Shown here piece by piece: positions 51,500-64,000 of a DNA stretch of 64,000 bases; position 1 is the stretch's first letter; the number at the start of each line of letters is the position of its first letter. The stretch spans positions 113,400,001 to 113,464,000 of the forward strand of contig NC_086108.1 in assembly GCF_963921235.1 (NCBI RefSeq). Direction: 5' to 3'. The translations under genes and the position numbers were made by a program. This stretch comes from Mobula hypostoma. Taxonomy: Eukaryota. The notes below the pieces were generated by a model, which saw only the letters and a program-made list of their open reading frames with translations, ran no database searches and had not been told where the DNA came from.

Positions 51500-54000
51500 T
51501 CACTAATTTCTCAGTCTCTCTCCTGTCACCCCTCTCTCACTCCCTACTCACCCTCGACGCACTCCACTCTCATTCCCCATTCACTCGTCTCTCACTTCCT
51601 TGCTCACTCCACTCTCTCCCCCTCACTCAATCCACTCTCACTCCCCTTTCACCCCCTCCCTCACTCTCTCTCACTCGGTTCTCTCATTTCCTTTCTCACT
51701 CTCTCTTGCTCCACTCTTTACCTTCCCTCTCTCACTCCCCCCTCCATCTCTCACTCCACTCACCCTCTCTCACTCCCTTCATTCCATTCCTACTCTCACT
51801 TCCTTCACACTCCCTCCTTACTTCACTTTCTCACGTCCCTCTCTCCCTTCCTCTCCCCTTTCTTTCTATTCCCTCTCTCACAAAAATCTCACTCCCTCTC
51901 ATATTCCTCTCTCTCACCCTCCCTCTCTCACACCCCTCACTCCACATCTCATCCCTCTCTCTCTCCCAGTTTTCCCCCATTTCACCCTCTCCCACCCTCT
52001 CTCTCATTCTCTCACTCCCCCATTTTATCTCCATTCCTCTACCTCACTGTCCCTCACTCTTTCTCTCCCCATCTCAATCCCTCCCTCATTCCTTTCTCTC
52101 ACAGCTCTCTCACTCCCTGTCCATCACTCCTCTCTCTCTCACTCCTCTCACCCCTTCTCTCAATCCCTGTCTCTCCTTCTCTCACTCCCCTATCTCAGTC
52201 TCTCTCACTACCCCATCTTACTCTCGCTTTCAGTATGAACCTTTAGGATGTGTGATCATACTGTGATTGAATTCATTCTGCAATTTGAGAAGGAGAAGCA
52301 TAACTCCCATGTATCAATATCACAATGAAATAAAGGGAATTACAGAGGCATGAGAGAGGAGCTTGTCCAGGTGGATTGGAGGAGGGTACTGGCAGGGATG
52401 ATGGCAGAGCAGAGATGGCTGAAGTTTCTGGGAATAGTTTGCAAGGTGCGGGATAGAAATGTCCCACAGAGGAAAACGTTCTCAAATGGCAGGGGTAGGC
52501 AGCTGCGGCTGGCAAGGGAAGTTAAGGACTGCGTAAAAGTCAAGGAAAGGGCATATAAGGTAGCAAAATGAGTGAGAAGTTGGATGATTGGGAAGCATTT
52601 AAAATCCAACAAAAGACAAGTAAAAAAGCCCTAAGAAAGGAAAAGATGAAATATGAGGGCAAACTAGCCAAAAATATAAAGCAGAATACTAAAAGTTTTT
52701 TCAGTTATATAAAGAGTAAAAGAGAGATGAGAGTTGATATTGGACCACTGGACAATGATGCTGGTGAGGTAGTAATGGGGGACAAAGAAATGACAGATGA
52801 ACTTAATGGGTAATTTGCATCTGTCTTCGCTGAGGAAGACACTAGCAGTGTGCCAGAGGTCGGTGAGTGTCAGGGAGCAGCAGTGAGTGCCATTGCTATT
52901 ACAAATGAAAAAGTGCACGGCAAACTCAAAGGTCTTAAGGTGGCTAAGTCACCTGGGCCAGATGGACTATATCCCAGGATCCTGAGAGAGGTTGCTGAAG
53001 TGGAATAGAGTATAAAAGCAAGCAGATAATAAGATAATAAGACACTATTCAGGCTGCACTTGGAGCTTTGTCAACAGTTTTGGGCCCCATATCTCAGAAA
53101 GGATGTGTTGTCATTGGAGAGAGTCCAGTGGAGGTTCATGAGGATGATTCTGGGAATGAAGGGGTTAACATATAAGGAGCTTTTGGCAGCTCTGGGCCTG
53201 CACTCACTGGAATTTAGAAGAACGGGGGATCTCATTGAAACCTGCTGAATGTTGAAAGGACAAGGTAGGGTGGATGTGGAGAGGATGTTTCCTCTGGTGG
53301 GGGTATCCAGAAGTAGAGGGCACAGCCTCAAAAATTGAGGGGGAACCTTTTAGAACAGAGGCAAGGAGGATTTTTTTTTAGCCGGAGAGCAGTGAATCTG
53401 TGGAATGCTCTGCCACAGACTGCAGTGGAGGTCAAGTCCGTGAGTATCTTTAAGGAGGAAGTTGGTCGTTTCCTGATCGGTCAGGGCATCAAAGGATATG
53501 GTGAGAAGGCAGGTGTACGGGGTTGAGTGGGATCTGGGATCAGCCATGATGGAATGGCAGAGCAGATTTGACAGGCTGAATGGCCTAATTCTGTTCCTAT
53601 GTCTCATGGTCTTATGGTCTTTCATTCCCTCTCTCACTCTCCCCCCTCATTCGCTCTCCCTCTCTCCCCTTTGTCTCTTCCTCTCTCACTTCCTATCTTT
53701 CTCTCACTCCCCTATCTCACTTCCCTCTCTCACTCCCTCACATTCCCCTCTCTCACTTCCTCTCTCTTTTATTCCCTCTCTCACTCCCTTCTCTCACTCC
53801 CTCTCACTGTCTCCCTCACTCCCCTCTCTGTCCCTCTCTCTTCCCCTCTCACTCAGTGTCTGACTCTCCTCTCTCTCATTCACATATACACACGTGCCCC
53901 CCACAAATGCACTGTCACTCCCCACCAAATCTTACAAACACACACAGACGCTCGCTTCCTCCCTCCGCCTTCCTCTCACTCACATACACATCTCTCTCTC
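51500..54000. repeat. Low-complexity polypyrimidine (CT-rich) tract split by a CR1 insertion
   Basis: CT-rich sequence at ~51500-52225 and ~53620-54000. Confidence 0.85.
52230..53620 (+). mobile_element. CR1 fragment with an internal deletion removing most of the RT (junction ~53000)
   Basis: End of the APE domain and tether (MREELVQVDW, TKSFFSYIKSK, KSPGPDGL) is joined directly to the FWAPYLRKDV C-terminus and tail. Confidence 0.85.
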
Positions 54001-55829
54001 ACCGCACAGTCAACGTGCTAAGGCTGGATCGAGTAGGAGATCATTCCCTGCAGTGTGTTGTGAGCAGGTACCGGGGAAGAGGAAATGGCAGGAGACTGGG
54101 GATGCCCTGGAATGGAAAAGTTTACATAAGGTGGTGGATACAGCCCAGTCCGTCAGAGGAAAAACCCTCCCCATGAGCATATTGCCACAGGAAAGCAGCA
54201 TTGATCATCAAGGACCCCGCCATCCAGGCCGTGCTCTTGCTTCTGCCATAAGGTAAGAGGTACAGGAACCTTAGGAACCACACCACCCAGGTCAGGAACA
54301 GTTATCACCCCTCAGCCATCAGGAAGGAAGTACAGGAGCCTCAGGTCCCACACCACCAGATTCAGGAACGGTTATTACCCCTCAAACGTCAGGCCCACGA
54401 ACTGGTATGGATAACTTCGCTCACCACAACTCTGAACTAATTCTACAACCTGTGGACTGACTTTCAATGATGCTACAACTCATGTTCTCAGTATTACTTT
54501 TTAGGTGCACAATTTGTTTTCTTTTGTACATTAGTTGTTTGTCAGTCTTTTCATTCATTCATAAATTCTATTGTGTTTTTAAAGTTCAAAGTAAATTTAT
54601 TGTCAAGGTACATATATGTCACCACATACAACCCTGATTCTTTTCATTTTCTTTACTGCCCTGCAAGAAAATGAATCTGATGACTGTATGGTATATATAG
54701 ATATATACATACTTTGAGCTTTGAACATTGAGATCTCCTCCAAAGAAGCAGCACAGGAACAATGAGCCGAATAACCTCCTATACTGCTTCGGTAAGAGAC
54801 AGAGAACTGAGTGAGTGCAGAGGGCGACAGATCTTTCCAGAGTTGTTCAGGAGGTAACTTGATCAAAGAAGCCGGGGACTTGGAAGAAGCCAGAGTGATG
54901 GGAATCAGAATCCGAATCAGGTTTATTATCACTGATATATTTATTGTTTTGCAACAGCAGTACAGTGCAATACAAGATAATTATTCTGAGTTACGATATA
55001 GTTACAAAAATAAGCATTGCAAAAAGAAAATAAAGTAGTGAGGTAGTGTCCATGGGTTCATTGTCCATTCAGAAATCTGATGGTGGAGAGAAATACGCTG
55101 TTCCTGAAATGTTGAGTGTGTGTCTTCAGGCTCCTGGAGCTCCTCCCTGACGGTAGCATTGTGAGACAGGCTAGCAGAGTTGAATCGTGGTTTGCTCAAC
55201 CCTTCACAGTACCAGCGATCCAGGTTCAATTCCCGCAACTGTCTGTAAGGAGTTTGTATGTTCTCCCCGTGACCGCGTGGATTTCCTCCGGTTTCCTCCC
55301 ACATTCGAAAGGCATACCGTTTAGTTGGTTAATTGGTCATTGTTAATTGTTGTGTAAGTGGATGATGGTTAATTTGGGGGTTGCTGGCTGGCATGGTTCA
55401 AAGGGCCTATTGCATGCTGTATCTCAATAAATAGTAAAAAGATGGTGAGAGTCCTTCATGATGGATGCCATCTTCTTGAGGTGCCATGTTTTTGCAGTTG
55501 TCCTTGATGGTGGGAATGTTGGGATCTCTAACATGGGCAGGGGCAGGGGGAGGGACTGCATGAAGAGCACAGATGAGTTTTGGGGTAAAGTTGGATAAAC
55601 GCACAACGGGAGGGTGGATGAGAGGTGGAATGGTGTGGTGACGAAGCTGGAGTTCAGAAAAAAATCCCATCATAGGGCAATCAGTCACAGAGTTATACAG
55701 CATGGAAAAGGCCCTTCTGCCCAGCTCATCCATGCTAGCAAGATGGCCGTCTGGGCAAGTCCCATTTGCCTCACTTCAAAGTCCAAGGTCCAAGTAAATT
55801 TATTATCAAAGTACATATATGTCACCATG

Positions 55830-56490
55830 GATGAGGAGGAGGAGAAGATGGCGGTGTGACGCAACGTGCAACGGCCACTCCAGTGGTGATGTCTGTTATT
55901 TGTCAAGTAGGGTGCCGTGCACAATCCTGATCTGATGGAGACAGACGTGAGAGCATGGAGGAACATCTGGAGAAACTTCTGAAATGCCCGCTTCACTGCT
56001 GCTGCTACTGTGTGGTCCAGAATCTCTGGAGGGGAAGGCCCCGAGTCCTCGGTGGCCGGGGCGGGGTCAAAGCGCTCAGCAGAGATGGTACTCGGGAGGC
56101 TGTATCAGAGGGGCTGGTCCGAGGCTCAAAGTTTTTGGACGGACTCAGAGTTAGCTGTGGTCGGCTGCTTCCAATGCATCGGCAGTCGTTGGCGCCTGGA
56201 GGTTTATGGCAGGGAGAGTTTCTCCCTTCTGCCACCTGCTATTGGGACTATCGGGAGTCAATCGGAACTTTGAGATTTTTTTTTACCGTGCCCATGGATT
56301 GCTCTTCATCAAATTATGGTATTACTTTGCACTGCCGTAACTATATGTTATAATTATGTGGTCTTGTCAGTGTTAGTCTTTGGTTTGTCCTGTTTTTTTT
56401 GTGATATCACTCTGGAGGAACATTGTATCATTTTTTTAATGCATACATTTCTAAATGACAATAAACGAGGACTGAGTGTCCTCATAATCT
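55830..56490 (+). mobile_element. Non-autonomous LINE-derived element (AAGATGGCG 5' end, AATAAA-type 3' tail, no ORF)
   Basis: It interrupts a short repeat that is intact at ~54580-54640. It starts GAAGATGGCGG and ends AATGACAATAAAC..TAATCTAAT. Confidence 0.5.
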
Positions 56491-56634
56491 AATGAATAAC
56501 CCTGAGAGTGTATATGGTGACATACACAGGAAAATAAAGAAATACAATATAATTTATGGAAAAATAGACATAAACCAAGACTGATAAACAACTAATGTGC
56601 AAAATAAGAAAAACGGTGCAAATAAAAAATAAAT

Positions 56635-58140
56635 ATAAGACCATAAGATATAGGAGCATAAGCAGGCTATTCGGCCCATCAAGTCTGCTCTGCCATTCGA
56701 TCACAGGCTGATCCAAATCTTCCAGTCATCCCCACTCCCCTGCCTTCTCCCCATACCCTTTGATGCCCTGGCCAATCAAGAACCTATCTAACTCTGCCTT
56801 AAATACACCCAATGACTGCTCCACAGCTACTCGTGACAACAAATTCCACAGATTTACCACCCTCTGACTAAAGTAATTTCTCTGCATCTCTGTTCTAAAT
56901 GGACGTCCTTCAATCCTGAAGTCGTGCCCTCTTGTCCAAGACTGACTTATCACAGGAAATAACTTTGCCATATCTAGTCTGTTCAGGTCTTTTAACATTC
57001 AGAATGTTTCTATGAGATCCCCCCTCATTCTCCTGAACTCCAGGGAATACAGCCCAAGAGCTGCCAGACGTTCCCCATATGGTAACCCTTTCATTCCTGG
57101 AATCATTCTTGTGAATCTTTTCTGAACCCTCTCCAATGTCAGTATATCCTCTTTAAATTAAGGAGTCCAAAACTGCACACAATACTCCAAGTGTGGTCTC
57201 AGGAGTGCCTTATAGAGCCTCAACATCACATCCCGGCTCTTATATTCTGTACCTGTAGAAATGAATGCCAACATTGCATTTGCCTTCTTCATCATCAGCT
57301 CAACCTGGAGGTTAACCTTTAGGGTATCCTGCACAGGGACTCCCAAGTCCCTTTGCATCTTTGCATTTTGAATTCTCTCTCCATCTAAGTAATAGTCTGC
57401 CCATTTATTTCTTCCACCAAAGTGCATGACCATACACTTTCCAACATTGTATTTCATTTGCCACTTCTTTACCCATTCCCCTAAACTATCTAAGTTCTCA
57501 ACACTACCCAGTCCTCCACCTATCTTTGTATCATCGGCAAATTTAGACACAAATCCATTCATCCCGTAGTCCAAATCATTGACATACATCATAAAAAGCA
57601 GTGGTCCCAACACCGACCCCCATGGAACTCCACTGGTAACTAGCAGCCAGCCAGAATAGGATCCCTTTTCTGCCGATCAGCCAATGCTCCACCCATGCTA
57701 ATTTCCCTGTAATTTCATGGGCTCTTATCTTGCTAAGCAGCCTCATGTGCGGTACCTTGTCAAAGGCCTTCTGAAAATCCAAGTACACCACATCTACTGC
57801 ATCTCCTTTGTCTGCCCTGCTTGTAATTTCCTCAAAAAATTGCATTAGGTTAGTCAGGCAGGATTTTCCTTTCAGGAAACCATTCTGGGTTTGGCCTATC
57901 TTGTCATATGCCTCCAGGTACTCTGTAATCTCATCCCTAACAAGTGATTCCAACAACTTCCCAACCACTGATGCCAGGCTAACAGGTCTATAGTTTCATT
58001 TCTGCTGCCTCCCACCCTTCTTAAATAGCAGAGTAACATTTGCAATTTTCCAGTCATCCGGTACAATGCCAGAATCTATCGATTCTTAAAAGATCATTGT
58101 TAATGCCTCCGCAATCTCTCCAGCTACTTCCTTCAGAACC
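56635..58140 (-). mobile_element. CR1 RT-to-3' fragment
   Basis: ORFs 57576, 57158 and 56726 contain DFQKAFDKVPH, FADDTK and RPHLEYCVQFW; CATAAGA tail on the plus strand. Confidence 0.9.
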
Positions 58141-59647
58141 CGAAGGGTTACTGAGAACACGAGCTATAGAGTCCTTGAAAGTAAACCCAGAGGTTGTGGG
58201 ATCTGTTCAGAATTGAGATGAGTGAAGTGATCACACTGGTTCAGTAGTCTGATGGCTGTAGGGTAATAACTGTTCCACACCGTGTACACATCCCTCTAAT
58301 CCTTTCCGATCAGTGTAATGTCCTTCCTGTCCACGTGCCACTTGGGCCCAGTATACTGGGAGTATTGTGTGATGCTTCTGTGTGAACACCACCTCACTAT
58401 TTTTGCTCTCTTTTTGCACTACTTCTTTGATTTAATACTTTATAACATTTTTTCTTATTGTTATTTTGTATGTATTGTACAAATTTTATGGAACAAAGTT
58501 ATGTCATTGATACTAAACTTAATTCAGATTCTGATTCAGGACAATGAGAGGAGGGGCCGTATTGTATCTGGTCGTAGACAATGAACCAGATCGGCTGTCA
58601 GACAGTGACCACACCTCCTTGTCCTTTATCATAGCCTGGAGATGGATACAAGCAGACAGTATGGGTAAGTTCTTACCTGGAAGAGGGGGAATTATGATGT
58701 TATAAGGCAGGAGCATTGGAGCATAAATTAGGAACAATGTAGGGGTCCGAGTCCATAGGGCACTCAAAGCAGCTGTGCAGGTTGACTCTGTGGTTAAGAA
58801 GGCATACAGTGCATTGACATTCATCAATCATGGAATTGAATTTAGGAGCCAATAGGTAATGTTGCAGCTATATAGGACCCTGGTCAGACCCCACTTGGAA
58901 TACTGTGCTCAGTTCTGGTTGCCTCACTACAGGAAGGATGTGAAAACCATAGAAAGGGTGCAGAGCAGATTTACAAGGATGTTTCCTGGATTGGGGAGCA
59001 TGCTTTAAGAGAATAGGTTGAGTGAACTTGGCTTTTTTTTCCCTTGGAGCGATGGAGGATGAGAGGTGACCTGATAGAGGTGTACAAGATGATGAGAGAC
59101 ATTGATTGTGGAGAGTTTAAAAAGGAAGGAGACTTCCAACAGGTGTTTTTTGGATCGGGACAAGAAGAGCGGCGTGAGAGCTAAATTCTGAAGGAAGGCA
59201 GTTTTTCTTTTAAAAGCTTCTTCGAGTGCAAGGACGAGACTGCACAGGCGCATGACGTAGACAGGACAGTGCAAAGAGTTTAAAAAGAAGACCACCCTAT
59301 ACAGCGGGCAATAGACTGAGTGGCAGCAGAGTGTAGGACTTTGGCTCAACGGGCTTAGGCAGTAACAGGAAGATGTGAGAGCAAGGCACCAACTCTTTTT
59401 TTTCCCCTTGGCGAATCGGCCCGGACAGGCGGAGGAATAGCAGGGCTCACACAACTAACAGTACGAGCTAACGGTTTAAAAAGTTTGTATGTTTGGCGAG
59501 GTAAGTGGGTGAGTAGACTTATTTTTCCTTGTTTCATTCCTGTAGAATTAGGTAGCATGTTTGCAGGGTTAGTGCTTTGTTCAGATGTGGGAATCGTGAG
59601 AGACCTCCAGCCTCCCTGATGGCCACATCTACGCCAGGTGCACCGAG

Positions 59648-60487
59648 ATGCAGCTCCTCAGAGACCGTGTTAGGGATCTGGAGCTGCAGCTTGATGACCT
59701 ACTGCTTATCAGGGAAAGTGAAGAGGTGATAGACAGGAGCTACAGGGAGGAAGTCATCCCTAGGCTACAGGGGTCAGTAAACTGTGTGACTGTCAGAAGA
59801 GAGAAGGGAAATGCCCGGATAGTGGAAAGCCCCCCTGTGGCTGTCCCCCTCAGCAACAAATATCTTGTTCTGGATTCTGTTGAGGGGGGTGACCTGACAG
59901 GGGACGCCCACAGTGACCGGGTCTCTGGCACTGAGCCTGGCGCTGTTGTTCAGGAGAGAAGGAGGGAGAAGAGGAATGCGGTGGATTCCATAGGGGATTC
60001 CATAGTCAGGAGAACAGACAGGAGATTCTGTGAGCCTGATAGAGATATCCACATGGTGTATTGCCTCCCAGGTGCCAGGGTACGGGATGTGTTGGATCGG
60101 GTCCAGAATATTCTGAATGGAGAGGGCGAGCAGCCACCTGTCTTGGTAGGTACTTGTTCCAATGACATAGATAGGATAAGGGAGGAGGTCCTGAAGAGAG
60201 ATTTCTGGGAGTTAGGAAGGAAGCTGAGAAGCAGGACCTCCAGGGTAGTAATCTTGGGATTGCTACCTGTGCCACGTGCTAGCGAGGGCAAGAATAATAG
60301 GATCAGGCAGATGAATGCGTGGCTGAGAGACTGGTGCAGGGGGCAGGGCTTCAGATTCTTGGATAATTGGGATCTTTTCTGGGGGAAGTATGACCTGTTC
60401 AAAAAGGACAGGTTACACCTGAACCCGAAGGGGACCAATATCCTGGTGGGAAAGTTTAATAGAGCTGTAAGGGAGGGTTTAAACTAA
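59648..60487 (+). CDS. CR1 ORF1 protein: coiled coil plus SGNH/GDSL esterase domain (N-terminal Cys motif disrupted; probable original ATG at 59557)
   Basis: Coiled coil LRDRVRDLELQLDDL; SGNH blocks IGDSIVR, PGA, GTCSND and DRLH. Confidence 0.85.
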   Translation: MQLLRDRVRDLELQLDDLLLIRESEEVIDRSYREEVIPRLQGSVNCVTVRREKGNARIVESPPVAVPLSNKYLVLDSVEGGDLTGDAHSDRVSGTEPGAVVQERRREKRNAVDSIGDSIVRRTDRRFCEPDRDIHMVYCLPGARVRDVLDRVQNILNGEGEQPPVLVGTCSNDIDRIREEVLKRDFWELGRKLRSRTSRVVILGLLPVPRASEGKNNRIRQMNAWLRDWCRGQGFRFLDNWDLFWGKYDLFKKDRLHLNPKGTNILVGKFNRAVREGLN

Positions 60488-60625
60488 TTTGGCAGGGGGA
60501 TGGGAACCGGAATGATAGAGCGGAGGAGGGGGAAAACAGAAATAAATCTAAGATAGTGAGCAGTAAAGATGTCAGGAAGGACAGGAGGTGATGGGGCAAA
60601 TTTGCAGCCATTGGGATGAGTTGCA

Positions 60626-63298
60626 GTGCAATCAAAGCAAAATTTACCAGATACTGGTCTTAAGGTGTTATACTTAAATGCACGCAGCATAAGGAATAAA
60701 GTGGATGATCTTGTCGTACAGCTACAGATTGGCAGGTATGATATTGTGGCCATCACTGAGACCTGGCTAAAGGATGCATGTCTCTGGGAGCTGAACGTCC
60801 AAGGATAAACGGTGTATCAGAAGGATAGGAAGGTAGGCAGAGGGGGAGGCGTGGCTTTATTGGTAAGAAATGATATTAAATCATTAGAAAGAGGTGACAT
60901 AGGATCGGAATGTGCAGAATCTTTATGGGTTGAGCTAAGAAATCACAGGGGTAAAAGGATCCTGATGGCAGTTATTAAAAGGCCTCCAAACAGCTGCAGT
61001 AATGTGGACTACAAATTACAACAGGAAATAGAAAAGGCTTGTCAGAAGGGCAGTATTATGATAATTGTGGGGGATTTTAACATGCGAGTGGATTGGGAAA
61101 ATCAGGTCAGCACTGGATCTCAAGAGAGAGAATTTGTAGAATGTCTACAAGATGGCTTTTTAGAACAGCTTGTTGTTGAGCCCACTAGGGGATCGGCTGT
61201 ACTGGATTGGGTATTGTGTAATGAACCAGAGGTGATTGGAGAGATTGAGATAAAGGAACCCTTAGGGGGCAGTGATCATAACATGATTAAGCTCACTGTG
61301 AAATTTGAGAAAGAGAAGCCGAAATCCGATGTGTCGGTATTTCAGTGGAGTAACGGAAATTACAGTGGCATGAGAGAGGAACTGGTCAAAGTTGACTGGA
61401 AAGGGACACTAGCGGGAAGGACAGCAGAGCAGGAGTGGCTGGAGCTTATGCGAGAAGTGAGGAAGGTGCAAGACAGATATATTCCAAAAAAGAAGAAATT
61501 TTCAAATGGAAAAAGGATACAACCGTGGCTGACAAGAGAAGTCAAAGCCAAAGTTAAAGCAAAGGAGAGGGCATACAAGGAAGTAAAGATTAGTGGGAAG
61601 ACAGAGAATAGGGAAGTTTTTAAAAGCTTACAAATGGAAACTAAGCAGGACATTAAGAGGGAAAAGATGAACTATGAAAGGAAGCTAGCAAATAATATCA
61701 AAGAGGATACTAAAAGCTTTTTTCAAGTATATAAAGAGTAAAAGACAGGTGAGAGTAGATATAGGACCAATAGAAAATGATGATGGAGAAATCGTAATGG
61801 GAGATAAGGAGATAATGGAGGAACTGAACTAGTATTTTGCATCAGTCTTCACTGAGGAAGACATCAGCAGTATACCGGACACTCAAGGGTGTCAGGGAAG
61901 AGAATTATGCGCTGTCACAATTACGACAGAGAAAGTACTCAGGAAGCTGAATAGTCTAAGGGTAGATAAATCTCCCAGACCAGATGGAATGCACCCTCGT
62001 GTTCTGAAGGAAGTAGCTGTGGAGATTGCGGAGGCATTAGCAATGATCTTTCAAAAGTCGATAGCTTCTGGCATGGTTCCAGAGGACTGTAAGATTGCAA
62101 ATGTCACTTCACTATTTAAGGAGGAGGCAAGGAAGCAAAAAGGAAATTATAGACCTGTTAGCTTGACGTCGGTGGTTGGGAAGTTGTTGGAGTTGATTAT
62201 CAAGGATGAGGTTACAGAGTACCTGGAGGCACATGACAAGATAGGCAGAATTCAGCATGCTTTCCTTAAAGGAAAATCCTGCCTGACAAACCTATTGCAA
62301 TTTTTTGAGGAAATTACAAGTAGGATAGACAAGGGAGATGCAGTGGATGTTGTGTATTTAGATTTTCAAAAGGCCTTTGACAAGGTGCCATCATGAGGCT
62401 GCTAAACAAGATAAGAGCCCATGGAATTACAGGGAAGTTACAAACGTGGATAGAGCATTGGCTGATTGGCAGGAAACAGAGAGTGGGAATAAAGGGATCC
62501 CATTCTGGTTGGCTGCCAGTTACCAGTGGTATTCCACAGGGGTCCGTGTTGGGGCCGCTTCTTTTTATGTTGTACATCAACGATTTGGATTATGGAATAG
62601 ATGGCTTTGTGGTTAAGTTTGCTGATGATACAAAGATAGATGGAGGGGCCGGTAGTGCTGAGGAAACAGAGAGTCTGCAGAGAGACTTGGATAGATTGGG
62701 AGAATGGGTAAAGAACTGGCAAATGAAATACAGTGTTGGAAAGTGTATGGTTATACACTTTGGTAGAAGAAATAAACATGCAGACTATTATTTAAATGGG
62801 GAGAGAATTCAAAGTTCTGAGATGCAATGGGACTTGGGAGTCCTCGTGCAGGATACCCTTATGGTTAACCTCCAGGTTGAGTCGGTTGTGAAGAAGGTGA
62901 ACGAAATGTTGGCATTCAGTTCTAGAGGAATAGAGTATAGGAGCAGGGATGTGATGTTGAGGCTCTATAAGACGCTGGTAAGACCTCACTTGGAGTACTG
63001 TGGGCAGTTTTGGGCTCCTTATTTAAGAAAGGATTTGCTGATGTTGGAGAGGGTTCAGAGAAGATTCACTAGAATGATTCCAGGAATGAGAGGGTTAACA
63101 TATGAGGAACGTTTGTCTGCTGTTGGACTGTATTCCTTGGAGTTTAGAGGAATGAGGGGAGACCTCGTAGAAACATTTCGAATGTTGAAGGGCATGGACA
63201 GAGTGGATGTGGCCAAGTTGATTCCCATGATGGGGGAGCGTAGTACGAGAGGGCATGACTTAAGGATTGAAGGGCACCCATTCAGAACGAAGATGTGA
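60626..63298 (+). pseudogene. CR1 ORF2 (APE endonuclease + reverse transcriptase), disrupted by stops and frameshifts
   Basis: APE motifs YLNARSIRNK, ITETWL, GDFN, SDH; RT motifs NYRPVSLTSVVGK, DFQKAFDKVP, GIPQGSVLGP, FADDTK. Confidence 0.92.
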
Positions 63299-64000
63299 AG
63301 AAATTTTTTTAACCAAAGGGTGGTGAATCTGTGGAATTTGTTGCCACGGGCGGCAGTGGAGGTCAAGTCATTGTGTGTATTTAAGGCAGAGATTGATAGG
63401 TATCTGAGTAGCCAGGACATGAAAGGTTATGGTGAGAAGGCGGGGGAGTGGGACTAAATGAGAGAATGGATCAGCTCATGATAAAATGGCGGAGCAGACT
63501 CGATGGGCCGAATGGCCGACTTCTGCTCCTTTGTTTTGTGGTCTTATGATAGTCAGAGGTTTTTTCCCAGGGTTGAAATGACTGCCACAAGAGGGCACAG
63601 GGTTAAGGTGCTTGGAAGAAGGTACAGAGGAGATGTCAGGGGTGTTTTTTTACGCTGAGAGTGGTGAGTGCGTGGAATGGGCTGTCGGCGATGGTGGAGG
63701 AGTCGGATACGATAGGGTCTTTTAAGAGTCTCCTGGGCAGGTATATGGAGCTCAGTAAAATAGAGGGCTATGGGTAACCCCAGGTAATTTCTAAGGTAAG
63801 GACATGTTCAGCACAGCTTTGTGGGCCGAAGGACCTGTATTGTGCTGTAGGTTTTCTATGTTCTATGCACTCAAGGAAGTGACAGAAATATGGGCATGGT
63901 TTAGATCACACTTGCAAGGGGTTCTGGATTGTCCAATTGAGGCAGGGAGAGGATGGATGGGTAAAGAAACCATGGATAACAAGAGATGTGGCACATCTTG

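Larger units (their letters stand above)
59117..63547 (+). mobile_element. Near full-length CR1 LINE (~4.4 kb): 5' UTR, ORF1, ORF2, 3' UTR and tail
   Basis: Contains ORF1 esterase, APE and RT motifs in order, then the CR1 3' UTR ending GGTCTTAT. Possible imperfect TSD GAGAGT/GATAGT. Confidence 0.92.
58730..63866 (+). mobile_element. Outer CR1 3' fragment (58730-59110 and 63548-63866) split by a near full-length CR1
   Basis: The outer copy breaks at ..ATTGATTGTG and resumes at GATAGTCAGAGG; it ends in a TTCTATG tail. Confidence 0.8.

Noticed and set aside
51392..52266. Ser/Leu/Pro-rich ORFs
   Set aside because: They come from a low-complexity polypyrimidine tract that is open in all plus frames.
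58540..58670. Possible plus-strand exon (CAG|GACAATG...ATGG|GTAAGT) with one open frame
   Set aside because: The peptide is unrecognisable, the acceptor comes from a repeat tail (ATTCTG)n, and no partner exons were found.
59648..60487. Host GDSL lipase/esterase gene
   Set aside because: It is intronless and lies immediately upstream of APE-RT, so it is LINE ORF1.

Overview
Eukaryotic, repeat-dominated genomic DNA. The repeat complement (CR1/HER1-type LINEs, V-SINE-like SINEs, Rex1/Babar LINEs, Penelope-like elements) suggests a cartilaginous fish, possibly a ray; this taxon call is an inference. I could not identify any host protein-coding exon. Most long ORFs are either retroelement remnants or artefacts of two large satellites (1-2.5 kb and 42.4-50.5 kb). 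A CpG island at ~50.6-51.3 kb contains a perfect minus-strand splice donor, so much of the window may be the first intron of an unidentified minus-strand gene. The most notable observations are: (1) many Penelope-like terminal repeats carrying minimal hammerhead-ribozyme motifs, two with intact cores; (2) two independent ~200-bp fold-back Penelope derivatives, each flanked by a 13-bp target-site duplication (TSD); (3) a probable Academ-type DNA transposase remnant; (4) a probable solo LTR nested in a CR1; (5) a near full-length CR1 with an SGNH-esterase ORF1; (6) several minisatellites that visibly arose inside retroelements. Boundaries of TE fragments are approximate unless a TSD is quoted.
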